This document shows positions 7,934 to 17,472 of a stretch of 64,000 bases of DNA, piece by piece. The stretch's first letter is position 1. Each line of letters starts with the position of its first letter. Source of the DNA: a bacterium (GTDB lineage Bacteria > Electryoneota > Electryoneia > Electryoneales > Electryoneaceae); NCBI GenBank assembly GCA_963675295.2, contig CAXXKJ010000002.1:4256001-4320000 (forward strand), given 5' to 3'. The position numbers and the translations under genes are program-made. The notes beneath the pieces are model-generated. The model ran no database searches. It worked only from the letters and a program-made list of their open reading frames with translations, and was not told where the DNA came from.

Positions 7934-10288
7934 CTAGCGGATCAGCATCACCTTGCGCAGATGGTCCAGCTCTCCAGGTACCTGTGCCCGCACGAAATAC
8001 ACTCCGCTGGCCAGGTGTTGCGCGTCGAAGGTGAGCGAGTGAGTGCCTGCCGGCAACTCACCATCCGTCACTGTCGCCACTTGTTGACCGGCGACGTTAT
8101 ACGCCGTGACCGAAACTTGCGCCGCCCGTGGCAGGCTCAGAGTGAACGACGTGCTTGCGTTGAACGGATTCGGGAACGCCGCACTCATCCCGTAGTTCGT
8201 CGGCAGATCATTCGAGGCAACGGTTTCGTCCGGTCCATCAAACGCGGCTGTACCGTTCAGATCTTCCAGCCGCAGCGGACGCGAACCCTCCGCCGCGCCA
8301 TAGTGTTCCTTGAAGAACGTGAATTTGTCACCAAACTCCGGTGTGTAGAATTCACCGGCACGCATGGAGAAGGTGTAGTCCCCCTCGGGCGCATACCACG
8401 GGATCGCCTGCACCCGGTCGTTGCTGATCATCTCCATCCACGGCATGATGGTGAACGTGTCCTCCCACAAAGGTTCCCACACCGTCTGGTTCGGCGTCAG
8501 CAGGCGCGTCCAGAAATCCACGTCCGCGAATTCGGTGTCGGAAAGGTTCACCAATACGACGTCATACTTGACCAATCCGCCATTGCCGACGACATACGTG
8601 TCCCGCGGAATCAGATTCAGCCACACCGGCCCGATGAAGTCGATCACACCATCAATCAGCGTCGCGAGCTGCTGGTCGTCACCGCCGCCGAAAACCGCCG
8701 TTGCGTCGAACGCGAGGTACATCGTCTTGCCACGGTTCGGGATGTTGTAGCTGATCGCGTGTGGCAAGCCATGCGACGCCCCTTCAAAGAGGACGTGCGC
8801 ATCCGGACGTGGTACCAGCACATCTTCCCGCAGATTACCGAGGTCCGGGATGGTGTACGGTGACGTTTCGAACGGTTCAGTGAGCGTTCCGGCCATGCCG
8901 TAGAATTGCGTTTCTTCGTGCATCGGGTCGTTGCTGGCACCTGCCAGCCCGAGGAAATCGAAAGCAAAATCGCCCGATCCGAACGCTGTCTGCGCCGGTT
9001 CATCATTGGCCGCGAGGTAATCCTGGTCGATCAGCAGCAGGTTACCGCCCTGGATCAGGTAGCTGGAAAACGGATCATCCCCGGCAGTCCACTCACGGGT
9101 CGGGATGCTGTCGCCACCGTTTCCACTGACAATCACCAGGTGCCAGTCCATCTCCATCAGCCACGAATCGTAGCCCTTGTTCGCCTCGGCGTCCCACACG
9201 GTGGTGTTGTCCAGGCCCATCGACGCCAATAACGTGGTCAGGTTCGGGACATACTCGCCGCCGTCGTCAATGATCAGGATCGGGTTCAGCGGTACGTGGA
9301 CGATCTCGAACGATTTCCGGCGGTTGACGTTCCTGGTGGTGTTGCCCTCGACATCTTCCGCGACGATCCAGTAGATGAAGTTGTCGCCAATCTCGCCCCA
9401 GATGGTGTGCGTGCCTTCCCAGACGTGGTCTTCGTCCGGATCCGACAGCTCAACCGTCACCGGCAACGAACCGTTCTTGACCAGTTTCGCCCACACACGA
9501 TTGACGCCGTTGTTGTCGACCACGCGCGCGCGGAAGGTGCATGGCTTTCGTGGATTGGTCGTGTTCGGCAGCTGCTGCATGCCGAGGATCTGCGGGGGTT
9601 CAACGCCGAAATAATTCACCCCAACGCGTTGCATGATATCGACCACGGGTGCGCTGCTTCCATAGCCGCCCCATGGATGGTCATAATCATTCATCCATGG
9701 ACCGCCGAACCAGGTGAAGGTCGTACCGCGAGCAGAGATGTCATCGGCAAGCGGTTGCGGGTTGCCACCCTGCGATGATTTCACATACCCGACCATGAAA
9801 TCGTCAGCGTCCGGGTTCCAGATGCCGCCGCCCGGCAAGTCGCTCTGCTCAAAAAGGGGTTCCCAGACACCCAGTCCTTCGACGGTGCGAGAGATTGGTC
9901 CGGCGAGAACCTCGCCGATTGGGCTGACAGGGCTGGTGCCTCGTAACGGCGCGTTTCCGTTGGGATACATCGCTTCCGCTTCGGCACTGTAGTCCCAGAT
10001 GAAAATGTCGATACTGCCACCGGTGTTGAACATCGCTTCGGCGTACAGGATCGAACAGGCTGTCGCGGGGTTGTAGTGCACAGCGAACGTGTCATTGAGA
10101 TCGCCGGACGCCAGGTAGTAGTCAGCGTCCAAATCCGACATTCGCCACAGTTCGACGATCTCGTCAAGTTCGTCGAGACGCTGGTCCGCCGTCGTTTTCA
10201 GGTGGTTTGGCAACGGGATCAGATCCGTCGCCGAGGCAGGTGCGATCACCAGCATTGCCAACAACAGACACATCAGGTTCCGATTCAT
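7934..10288 (-). CDS. Secreted multidomain T9SS cargo protein (type A CTD)
   Basis: Start ATG 10288 with GGAGAGGAG RBS, signal peptide MNRNLMCLLLAMLVIAPASA; ILIIDDGG Rossmann-like domain; C-terminal AFPNPFNAST...LASGVYFV...KVMLIR. Confidence 0.85.
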   Translation of the reverse strand: MNRNLMCLLLAMLVIAPASATDLIPLPNHLKTTADQRLDELDEIVELWRMSDLDADYYLASGDLNDTFAVHYNPATACSILYAEAMFNTGGSIDIFIWDYSAEAEAMYPNGNAPLRGTSPVSPIGEVLAGPISRTVEGLGVWEPLFEQSDLPGGGIWNPDADDFMVGYVKSSQGGNPQPLADDISARGTTFTWFGGPWMNDYDHPWGGYGSSAPVVDIMQRVGVNYFGVEPPQILGMQQLPNTTNPRKPCTFRARVVDNNGVNRVWAKLVKNGSLPVTVELSDPDEDHVWEGTHTIWGEIGDNFIYWIVAEDVEGNTTRNVNRRKSFEIVHVPLNPILIIDDGGEYVPNLTTLLASMGLDNTTVWDAEANKGYDSWLMEMDWHLVIVSGNGGDSIPTREWTAGDDPFSSYLIQGGNLLLIDQDYLAANDEPAQTAFGSGDFAFDFLGLAGASNDPMHEETQFYGMAGTLTEPFETSPYTIPDLGNLREDVLVPRPDAHVLFEGASHGLPHAISYNIPNRGKTMYLAFDATAVFGGGDDQQLATLIDGVIDFIGPVWLNLIPRDTYVVGNGGLVKYDVVLVNLSDTEFADVDFWTRLLTPNQTVWEPLWEDTFTIMPWMEMISNDRVQAIPWYAPEGDYTFSMRAGEFYTPEFGDKFTFFKEHYGAAEGSRPLRLEDLNGTAAFDGPDETVASNDLPTNYGMSAAFPNPFNASTSFTLSLPRAAQVSVTAYNVAGQQVATVTDGELPAGTHSLTFDAQHLASGVYFVRAQVPGELDHLRKVMLIR

Positions 10289-10621
10289 GCTCCTCTCCCC
10301 GGTCAACCGTTTTGTTTCATCCATACCCAGCAGAAATATACGTATTAGAAGTTTAACATAGCGGTCCCCCGGTGCCGGAGCAACAAGATTTTCGGGGTCC
10401 CGGGGGCAGGTTGACGAGCCCACTGGACAAACACAAACCAGCCGTCAAAAAGTGGCTGGAGGCAGGAGAGAACAGGGACGTGTATTGGCATACACGCCCC
10501 CGAAATTCAAGTACCCGCCGCTAGATACCAGTTCCCAGGTACCGACTACCGATGATCGATGACTGCTAACCGGCCATCGAGTACCAACACCCTTTTCCAG
10601 CAGAAACGGGTACCAGCGGAA

Positions 10622-10653
10622 ACGGGGACACATTGTCCTCAATGTGTCCCCGT
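10622..10653. repeat. REP-like palindrome, GGGGACAC family (copy 1)
   Basis: ACGGGGACACATTG-tcct-CAATGTGTCCCCGT, perfect 14-bp stem. Confidence 0.8.
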
Positions 10654-10664
10654 CGAATCAGTTG

Positions 10665-10692
10665 CTCATCACTCACAACTCATCACTCATCG
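10665..10692. repeat. Heptamer tandem repeat (CTCAYMR x4)
   Basis: ctcatca ctcacaa ctcatca ctcatcg directly downstream of the stop of the 10699 gene. Confidence 0.8.
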
Positions 10693-10698
10693 CTGTCC

Positions 10699-13005
10699 TC
10701 ACTGCACCAGCATCACTTTGCGCAACTCGCTGAGCTGGCCCGGAATCTCGGCATGAATGAAGTACACGCCGCTGGCGAGTTCGTGCGCATCGAAGGTCAG
10801 CGTATGCACCCCGGCGTTCATCCGGCCGGAAGCCAGCGTCGCGACACTCTGCCCCATCACGTTGAACGCAGTCACATTCACCTCCGCCGCGTCCGGCAGG
10901 CTCAGGGTGACTGAGGTGCTTGGGTTGAACGGGTTCGGGTACGCCTGCCCCAGTGCATACTCCGACGGCATCTCAATGCTCACCGCCTCCCGCGCAGTCT
11001 GCGGATTCAACACACTCGCCATGGTTTGATCCGACCAGTTTCCTCCGCCGTTGGGATCGTTCCCGGCCTTGAAAAACTGGAAGCTGTCGGTCGCGCCGAT
11101 CACATTCGGGAACTGCCCTATCCAAGCGTGGTAGGTGTACACACCGCCTGGCGCCATTGACGGCACCGACTGCGGTAAATCGGTGAAGGTTGTGGAACCC
11201 GGCGCGAGATAAAGCGCCGTGTTGACCAGCGGGCCGTACATCGTGCCGCCGGGCAGTGTCACCGCTGACCACGCATCGATCAGCACCGTGTTCGGCAGGG
11301 CACTGAGCATTGTGGCGTCGAAGTAAATCGTGCCACCGCTTGGCGGAACCGTGGTCGACGTGCCGGTCAATTCAAGGTTGACACCGGATGGTGGCCGGCC
11401 AACGTTGATCTCGAGATCGTCGATGGTGACACCGGAATAGACGTTGAAATCGTCATCGGTGGTGTGCCGGAACGCGAGCCAGATCTGCCGGCCAACATAG
11501 GCGCTGAGATCGAACGTAACCTCATGCCATCCACCGGACCCACCACCGTTGTTGTTGAAACAGGGCTGGTAGCCGTTCACGGGGATACCGTCTGGATCGG
11601 AATACCCCGTCTCCGGCTCGAGCACTTCCCATGTCTGCATCCCGTCGAGTGAAATCTGGACGTTGTACCCGTCCGCTCCGGCTTCGTAGTTGTACCAGTG
11701 CCAGTAGCTCAGGAACGCCGACTCGTTTTCGATCAGGAAGGTTTCGGTGACCAACAGCCAGTCATCCCGGCTGTTGTTGTACGACCCAGCGAGGATCGTA
11801 CTCCACGCGTTGTCTCCGCTGCGCGCGCCAACCGGCCAGAACGTGGGAGTACCGAATTCCCAATCATCATAGTCACCTGAACTGAACGGACCTTCGCCGA
11901 TTTCGAAGTCGGTCGCGTACGACCCGTTGAATGGCACAGGGAACGGCATCAGCTCGATATCGAACGAGTTGTCGCCCGGCACAATATCGATCGTCGTTTC
12001 GAAGTCGTAATGGTTCAACGCCTCGACGTACACGTCATACGTGAACCCGCTGTACAACGTATCCAACTGGTATTCGCCGAACTGGTTCGTGGTGGTCGAT
12101 CGCTGCCCGACGTGAACCAACGCGTCTGCCAGCGGATCGCCGGAAAGTGAATCGATCACAAAGCCGGACAACGTCGCGTCGATATCGGCAACGTGGATGC
12201 TGACCGCAAGCTCGTCCTCGAGGTACGCGCTGTTGTATACCACCTGCAGGTAGTCGCTGAGGTCGCTGTTCTGGATGCCGACAGTGCAACTGGTGGTGGT
12301 GTAATCGTCGGACAGGTCATCGTACTGGATCAGGATCTCGCCGTCCTCGAACAGGATCACCTGCGCGGTGATGGTTCCCATCGCGATGTGTTCGACATCG
12401 ATGTACGACAGAATCCACGCGTCCCGGTTTCCCAGTGTTGCCTGGGCGTAGTAGACATCCCCGTTCGCACCGTACACGACATACCAGTCATCCCAGAACC
12501 AGAAGATGCTGGAGTTGTCGGGCTGCCCGTGGTTGTACGGTAACGGCTGATTGAAGTAGTAGAAGTAGTAGTCGTCGAAGATCAGGCCACCGTTCGAGGC
12601 GACGTAGATCTGGCTGTAGGTGGTGTCGTAAAACGGGAAATCGAAGCCAAGATCGAAAGGTCCGAGCTCGATATCATCGTCCATCAGGCTATCGATCTGC
12701 GTTCCGACGGCAGTGATGTCGATCCAGCCGTAGTCCGGACCGTCAGGCTCGTAGCTGTCCTTCCAGACGTGGCCGCTCAGGTCCGGCCCGCCAAGATCGT
12801 CAATCACCGGCTGATTGGCCAGTTCGGCGTCAAATCCAGCGGATGACAACAGATCCAACTGCTGCGGTGTCGCCACGCCTTCTTGCCAGGCCTGTTCTGC
12901 GAGGTTCAGCGTCGTCTTGTTCAGGTCAATTGCGTTCCCATACCCGGCCGCAAACGCAATCGTCACGACCAGGCATGTCAGGCCCGCCAGAAAGGCAGGT
13001 TTCAT
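10699..13005 (-). CDS. Secreted multidomain T9SS cargo protein (carboxypeptidase-regulatory-like and jelly-roll domains, type A CTD)
   Basis: Start ATG 13005 with AGAGG RBS; GGPD...WKDS.EPDGPDYGWIDI domain; LSGFVIDS...PLADALV; YWHWYNYE...DGYNVQIS...IDDLEI; C-terminal AYPNPFNPST...LASGVYF. Confidence 0.85.
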   Translation of the reverse strand: MKPAFLAGLTCLVVTIAFAAGYGNAIDLNKTTLNLAEQAWQEGVATPQQLDLLSSAGFDAELANQPVIDDLGGPDLSGHVWKDSYEPDGPDYGWIDITAVGTQIDSLMDDDIELGPFDLGFDFPFYDTTYSQIYVASNGGLIFDDYYFYYFNQPLPYNHGQPDNSSIFWFWDDWYVVYGANGDVYYAQATLGNRDAWILSYIDVEHIAMGTITAQVILFEDGEILIQYDDLSDDYTTTSCTVGIQNSDLSDYLQVVYNSAYLEDELAVSIHVADIDATLSGFVIDSLSGDPLADALVHVGQRSTTTNQFGEYQLDTLYSGFTYDVYVEALNHYDFETTIDIVPGDNSFDIELMPFPVPFNGSYATDFEIGEGPFSSGDYDDWEFGTPTFWPVGARSGDNAWSTILAGSYNNSRDDWLLVTETFLIENESAFLSYWHWYNYEAGADGYNVQISLDGMQTWEVLEPETGYSDPDGIPVNGYQPCFNNNGGGSGGWHEVTFDLSAYVGRQIWLAFRHTTDDDFNVYSGVTIDDLEINVGRPPSGVNLELTGTSTTVPPSGGTIYFDATMLSALPNTVLIDAWSAVTLPGGTMYGPLVNTALYLAPGSTTFTDLPQSVPSMAPGGVYTYHAWIGQFPNVIGATDSFQFFKAGNDPNGGGNWSDQTMASVLNPQTAREAVSIEMPSEYALGQAYPNPFNPSTSVTLSLPDAAEVNVTAFNVMGQSVATLASGRMNAGVHTLTFDAHELASGVYFIHAEIPGQLSELRKVMLVQ

Positions 13006-13393
13006 TTCAACATCCTCTATGCGAGTGGCACGGCTTTCCATGGTACCGGGATGGATACAACGCCATCCCAGCCTATGCAGTCAGTTCAGCGAGTCGTTTG
13101 CCGTGAACCCGGATCGCCAATCCTGGACCGGTAAGATACATGCGGTTGAAAAATAAGCTCAAGCGGCTCTCGAAATTTCCAAAAAAACTCAGAAGTGAGC
13201 GCAAACCGGAGGCAACTAACATAATCAACCGGTCTCCACCGCTGGTTCCAACACAAAAAGCTACCCCCGCCTCGGGAAAGACGGGGGTTCGGGAAAAAGG
13301 CTTGATGAAAGTCGCGCTTACCATCATCTGCCTGTTCGTGGTATGCGCGAACCCCGGAAAGGTTCCCGGGTTGGCTCCCTGAGAGCCTCTCGG

Positions 13394-14932
13394 TCACTTC
13401 ATCTCGATCTTGTCGATCTCATCCCACTCGAGGTAGGCGGGTTCCTTGTTCTCGCCGTCCACGAACACCAGGACACCGTCATTGGCCTCGCTGACATCCT
13501 GTCCGCCCTCGAGCCGGAGCGTCTCGCCCGACTTCAGCGTAATCTCGCTGGCGTTGCGGCTGCGCGGGGTGATGGTCTTGATGTTGGCGAACGGGATATC
13601 GAACTCGATGTCGAAGTAGTCACCGTTCAGCATTTCCCAGCTCTCGGACTCGTCGAGGTCGAAGACCATCCTGCCGCTGTAGGTGTTTCCGTCGATATCA
13701 GTGACGGTCGCCTCCAGCTTCTTCGGGGAATAATCATCGTACCCTTCGCCGCTGCCGGACCTGTCGTCGAAGACGACCTTATCGAAAGCGTCCCACGGAA
13801 TCTTCAGCCGGCCGTAACGCGGATCCTCGACCATGACGCCACGGATCGACTGGTCGACATCGTTGCTGCCTTCCAGGTGGATGCGGCGGCCGTCCCTGGT
13901 TTCGACCCAGGCGCTGCCACGGCTGCGGCGTTCGATCGACCGCAGGTTGCCCATCGGGATAGACATGCTGCCGTCCTCGGAATCGCCGTCCAGTTCATCG
14001 ATGCTCAAGCATTCCTGGCTGTCCCACTGGATGAAGCCGCGATACTCGCCACCATCCGCGGTCACCGTTCCGTGCAACCGGTAGAAATCCGGGTCGACGC
14101 TTGAGGGAACCTCCATGAATTCGATGGTGTCGATTTTCTTCCATGGTAGTTCGACCGTGCCGAACGTGTTGTCACGCACGACCAGGGTCGTTCCGACGTC
14201 GTTTGAGTAGCCGCTGACGATATACTTGCTGCCGGTGCGCATGGTCAGCTTGGCATCTTCGCTGCCAATGATCTCGATCTTCTTGATATCGCCGAAGCGG
14301 GCGATGAAAATGCGGGTGCCGCCGGACCAGCTGTCGTTCCAGTTGATGTTCAGCGCACCGCCGAGAATGCTGATCGACTCGTCGTCCCCGAAGCTCCAGA
14401 TCCGGCTGCGCTTGCTTTCCAGCTCAGCTTCTTCGATCGCAAGTTGGGCACGTTTTTGCGCCAGCTCGGACAGCTCTTCGGCCATCTGCGTCTGCTCCCG
14501 GATCAACTCTTCCAGCCGGTCCGTGTCGTTCGTGCCTTCGCGCTCTTCCGCCAGCCGTTCGATGCGATCGCTGAGCCGGTCCATTTCCCGTTCCAGCTTC
14601 TCGCCGTCACGTTCCATGTCGCGCAGATTACTCTCGACCTCTTTCACTTCGGCCTTGCCACGGTGGCCGTGTTCTTCGAGGTAATCTTCGTAGGGACGGC
14701 TTTCCTTGTACGAGTGGAACAGATCGTCCCAGAACGCCTCTTCATCGTCCCAGCGAATGATACCCTCGTACTGGTTTCCGCTGCGGGTCGTAACCTTCCC
14801 GTAGATGAAGCCCTCGTTTTCGTGAGCAACCGCGCTTTGGGTGACCGCGGCGGACATCAGGAATCCCATCGCGAACAGCAGGACAGCCGACATCAGAAAT
14901 GTTGCGGACCGCTTTTGCACGTTGCGTTTCAT
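13394..14932 (-). CDS. Secreted protein with three internal ~130-aa repeats and a coiled-coil insertion; probable ECF target
   Basis: Signal peptide; repeats starting YGKVTTRSGNQYEGIIRWD / HGTVTADGGEYRGFIQWD / EATVTDIDGNTYSGRMVFD, each later with G(S/G)xDV and W..xDKI/V. Confidence 0.75.
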   Translation of the reverse strand: MKRNVQKRSATFLMSAVLLFAMGFLMSAAVTQSAVAHENEGFIYGKVTTRSGNQYEGIIRWDDEEAFWDDLFHSYKESRPYEDYLEEHGHRGKAEVKEVESNLRDMERDGEKLEREMDRLSDRIERLAEEREGTNDTDRLEELIREQTQMAEELSELAQKRAQLAIEEAELESKRSRIWSFGDDESISILGGALNINWNDSWSGGTRIFIARFGDIKKIEIIGSEDAKLTMRTGSKYIVSGYSNDVGTTLVVRDNTFGTVELPWKKIDTIEFMEVPSSVDPDFYRLHGTVTADGGEYRGFIQWDSQECLSIDELDGDSEDGSMSIPMGNLRSIERRSRGSAWVETRDGRRIHLEGSNDVDQSIRGVMVEDPRYGRLKIPWDAFDKVVFDDRSGSGEGYDDYSPKKLEATVTDIDGNTYSGRMVFDLDESESWEMLNGDYFDIEFDIPFANIKTITPRSRNASEITLKSGETLRLEGGQDVSEANDGVLVFVDGENKEPAYLEWDEIDKIEMK

Positions 14933-14969
14933 GGGTCAACTCCTATCTGAAAGTTCCTTCATGTACTCA

Positions 14970-14994
14970 GACAATCGATACAGCAAATGGTTAC
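14970..14994 (-). promoter_or_regulatory. Putative ECF sigma promoter upstream of the repeat protein gene
   Basis: GTAACC-N15-TGTC on the minus strand, same motif and spacing as at 16600-16624. Confidence 0.6.
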
Positions 14995-15692
14995 CACAGG
15001 TTGAACCGGACCGGCGCTTCATCTCCGTCGGAGGTCGTCCGCCGCGGTTCTTCGATTTCCTCACGCTGATCCGCATCACGGAGATCAGGCGGCACCGATG
15101 CTGGATTCCGCAGTTCCTGTTCAGAGTCGCGATGTTCCGACCGTGGCGCGCCTTCATCGCTGCGCACATCACCGGTAAGGCCATACACATCCCGGTTCAC
15201 CATCTGCATGACTTCGAGCATCTTCCGGTGATAGCGGGGATCGGCCTGCAACAGCTCGGAGGTCAACTCGAGGAACCGATCCTCGGTCATCCTACCTTCG
15301 TTCTGCCCGAGCTGAATTGTCCGCGCGTTGGCCTGTTCCGGCATGATGCCGTTGAACAGTCCGGCAAGCGTGAGCGAGAAAATCAGCACGATACTCGCGG
15401 CGGCTGCCCACACCTGGGGCGACACCTCTCGGATCGAAATGATTTTCGCCTTCCGCTTCGACTTGCCTGCGGAGAATTCAACATTGTCCCACACCGAACT
15501 CGGTGGCGTTTCCACCAGTTCAGACTGCGGGCGGGCGAGCGCTTTCTGCAGCGATCGTGAATCCCGCCAGAACTCCCGCAGCTCACCGTCCTCGACCAAC
15601 GCGTCGATGCTTTCCAGCAATTCCTCGCCGGAAAGTTCGCCGTCCATGATCGCGGACAGGTTTTCTTCGAATGGCTGCATCTGGTCGTTCAT
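14991..15692 (-). CDS. Membrane-anchored anti-sigma factor
   Basis: LSAIMDGELS N-terminal anti-sigma motif, single TM segment (WAAAASIVLIFSLTLAGLF), downstream of an ECF sigma. Confidence 0.75.
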   Translation of the reverse strand: MNDQMQPFEENLSAIMDGELSGEELLESIDALVEDGELREFWRDSRSLQKALARPQSELVETPPSSVWDNVEFSAGKSKRKAKIISIREVSPQVWAAAASIVLIFSLTLAGLFNGIMPEQANARTIQLGQNEGRMTEDRFLELTSELLQADPRYHRKMLEVMQMVNRDVYGLTGDVRSDEGAPRSEHRDSEQELRNPASVPPDLRDADQREEIEEPRRTTSDGDEAPVRFNLW

Positions 15693-15840
15693 CGTTTACT
15701 CTCCATGCACGTTTTCCGCCGCGCCTTCTCCCCAGTCGGCGCCGATGGATCGCTCGTGCGTCTTACGCCGGTGAACGGTACCGGCAATCCACTTCTCTAT
15801 TCCGTTTCCCATCCCCACGATGGGCAGTGCTTTCTCAACG

Positions 15841-15950
15841 TCTCTCGTCTCTAGTCTCTCGTCTTTCGGGATTCAACAATCACGCCATCACGAGTCGTGC
15901 GTATTCATTCTCACATCTCATATCTCGTATCTCGTATCTCACATCTCATA
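15841..15950. repeat. Two heptamer tandem arrays (TCTCTCG-like x4; TCTCRYA x6)
   Basis: 15841-15868 and 15909-15950, between sigma stop and anti-sigma start. Confidence 0.8.
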
Positions 15951-15959
15951 TCTGCCTGT

Positions 15960-16520
15960 TCACCACTGGTTCTCTTCCAGCACTCCGCGATCACGCAGAT
16001 CCTTGATGATTGCCTTGCGAGCGCGGTGAACGTTGACTTTGACCTGCGCGTCGGTCCAACCGGTCATCCGGGCGATTTCGTTGTACGCCCGTCCTTCGAG
16101 CACTCCGAACTGGAACGCGGTTTTGTAGCGTTCGTTCAGGGCTTCCATCGAGGTCAGTACGTGTTCGTTCAAGTCCATCCACTCGGCCTCATGGTCCGGT
16201 TGCAGACGATGCACGTCGGGCACCTGTTCGAACGGGTCGACGTTCGGGTCATCCCCGTTCGAGGGCAGGTCGTCGAATTTCCGACGGCGGAAGTAATTGA
16301 TTGTCAGGTTGTACGCCGTGCTGAACAGGTATGACTTAACACGGGACGGCTCGCGCAGTTCGGTATCCGTCTTGATCACCCGGATGAAAACATCCTGCAG
16401 CAGATCTTCCGCGTCCTGCCGGTTCTTCACCCGGTGGCGCAGGAACGCGAACAGGGCAGCGCCGTGTTCATCGTACGCTTCACGCCAGAATTCCAAATGT
16501 TGTCCTGACTGCTCGGCCAC
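15960..16520 (-). CDS. ECF-type RNA polymerase sigma-70 factor
   Basis: Region 2 DAEDLLQDVFIR...SYLFSTAYNLTINYFRR; region 4 YNEIARMTG...VKVNVHRARK. Confidence 0.9.
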   Translation of the reverse strand: MAEQSGQHLEFWREAYDEHGAALFAFLRHRVKNRQDAEDLLQDVFIRVIKTDTELREPSRVKSYLFSTAYNLTINYFRRRKFDDLPSNGDDPNVDPFEQVPDVHRLQPDHEAEWMDLNEHVLTSMEALNERYKTAFQFGVLEGRAYNEIARMTGWTDAQVKVNVHRARKAIIKDLRDRGVLEENQW

Positions 16521-16599
16521 AGCCGCCGTCCCTCCGCCGGGCGTCCGTTGCTCTGTCTGTCCAGCAACCCCATTTCGTGTTTCCGGGGTTCACTGGTTG

Positions 16600-16624
16600 G
16601 ACACAGACGCGGGTTCAGGGTTAC
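16600..16624 (-). promoter_or_regulatory. Putative autoregulatory ECF sigma promoter
   Basis: TGTAACC-N15-TGTC on the minus strand ~80 nt upstream of the sigma start; AAC/GTC cores are typical of ECF promoters. Confidence 0.6.
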
Positions 16625-16706
16625 ACTTGCATCGTTCTCAGGTGGAGCCTCAGTCTCCACAGGAGCTTACGTATGATACGTTGAAAAAGTTGGGAAAGGG
16701 TAACAA

Positions 16707-17261
16707 ATGCCGTGGATACAGGCGATTCCGGAAGCTGAGGCGGACGACTCATTGCGAGCCGCCTACGAGCGCATCGCCGGCAAGCGCGGGCGTGTCGCCA
16801 ACGTGTTCAAGATCCAGAGCCTGCATCTCGAGTCGATGTCCGCACACCTCGAGCTGTACACCTCCCTGATGTACGGGAAGGGCGGCCTCACCCGTGAACA
16901 GTGCGAGCTGATCGGGGTAGCGGTATCGGCGACGAACAAATGCCCGTATTGCGTGCGGCATCACACCGAGGCGTTGAACCGCTATTGGCGTGATCACAAC
17001 CGCGCGGCGCTGTTTGCTCTCGATGTGGTGCAGTACCCGCTGCCGCCGAAGGAGCGGGCGATGCTGGATTATGCGATCAAGATTACCCGGACACCGAGCG
17101 AGATGCGTGAAGCGGATGTCACGGCGTTGCGGGAGGCGGGATTTGACGACCGGCAGGTCCTGTTGATCAACCAGATCGCGTCGTATTTCAACTATGTCAA
17201 CCGGCTGGTTCTCGGGCTGGGCGTTGAGATCGAGGACGACACGGACGGTTTTGCGTATTGA
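16707..17261 (+). CDS. AhpD/carboxymuconolactone decarboxylase-like peroxidase-related protein
   Basis: ELIGVAVSATNKCPYCVRHH motif; LREAGFDD...IASYFNYVNR. Confidence 0.85.
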   Translation: MPWIQAIPEAEADDSLRAAYERIAGKRGRVANVFKIQSLHLESMSAHLELYTSLMYGKGGLTREQCELIGVAVSATNKCPYCVRHHTEALNRYWRDHNRAALFALDVVQYPLPPKERAMLDYAIKITRTPSEMREADVTALREAGFDDRQVLLINQIASYFNYVNRLVLGLGVEIEDDTDGFAY

Positions 17262-17379
17262 TACTAACCAGTTTGACGCAATCGCGTTGATGCTTTCACG
17301 CTGACTGCAGTTTGCCCCGACGAGCTCGCTCGTCGGGATAACCCATCGTTTCGACAAAACCGGGGAGATGTAGACTGAA

Positions 17380-17411
17380 CCGGGGACACTTTGTCCCCAA
17401 AGTGTCCCCGG
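17380..17411. repeat. REP-like palindrome, GGGGACAC family (copy 2)
   Basis: CCGGGGACACTTTG-tccc-CAAAGTGTCCCCGG; reverse complement of the copy at 53300-53331. Confidence 0.85.
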
Positions 17412-17417
17412 CTCTTT

Positions 17418-17471
17418 GCATCTTTTGCGTCTGTTGCGTCAGTTGCTTCTTTGGCGTCCGTTGCGTCTGTT
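17418..17471. repeat. 9-mer tandem repeat (GCGTCTGTT-like x6)
   Basis: gcatctttt gcgtctgtt gcgtcagtt gcttctttg gcgtccgtt gcgtctgtt abutting the rhomboid stop codon. Confidence 0.8.
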
Positions 17472-17472
17472 G

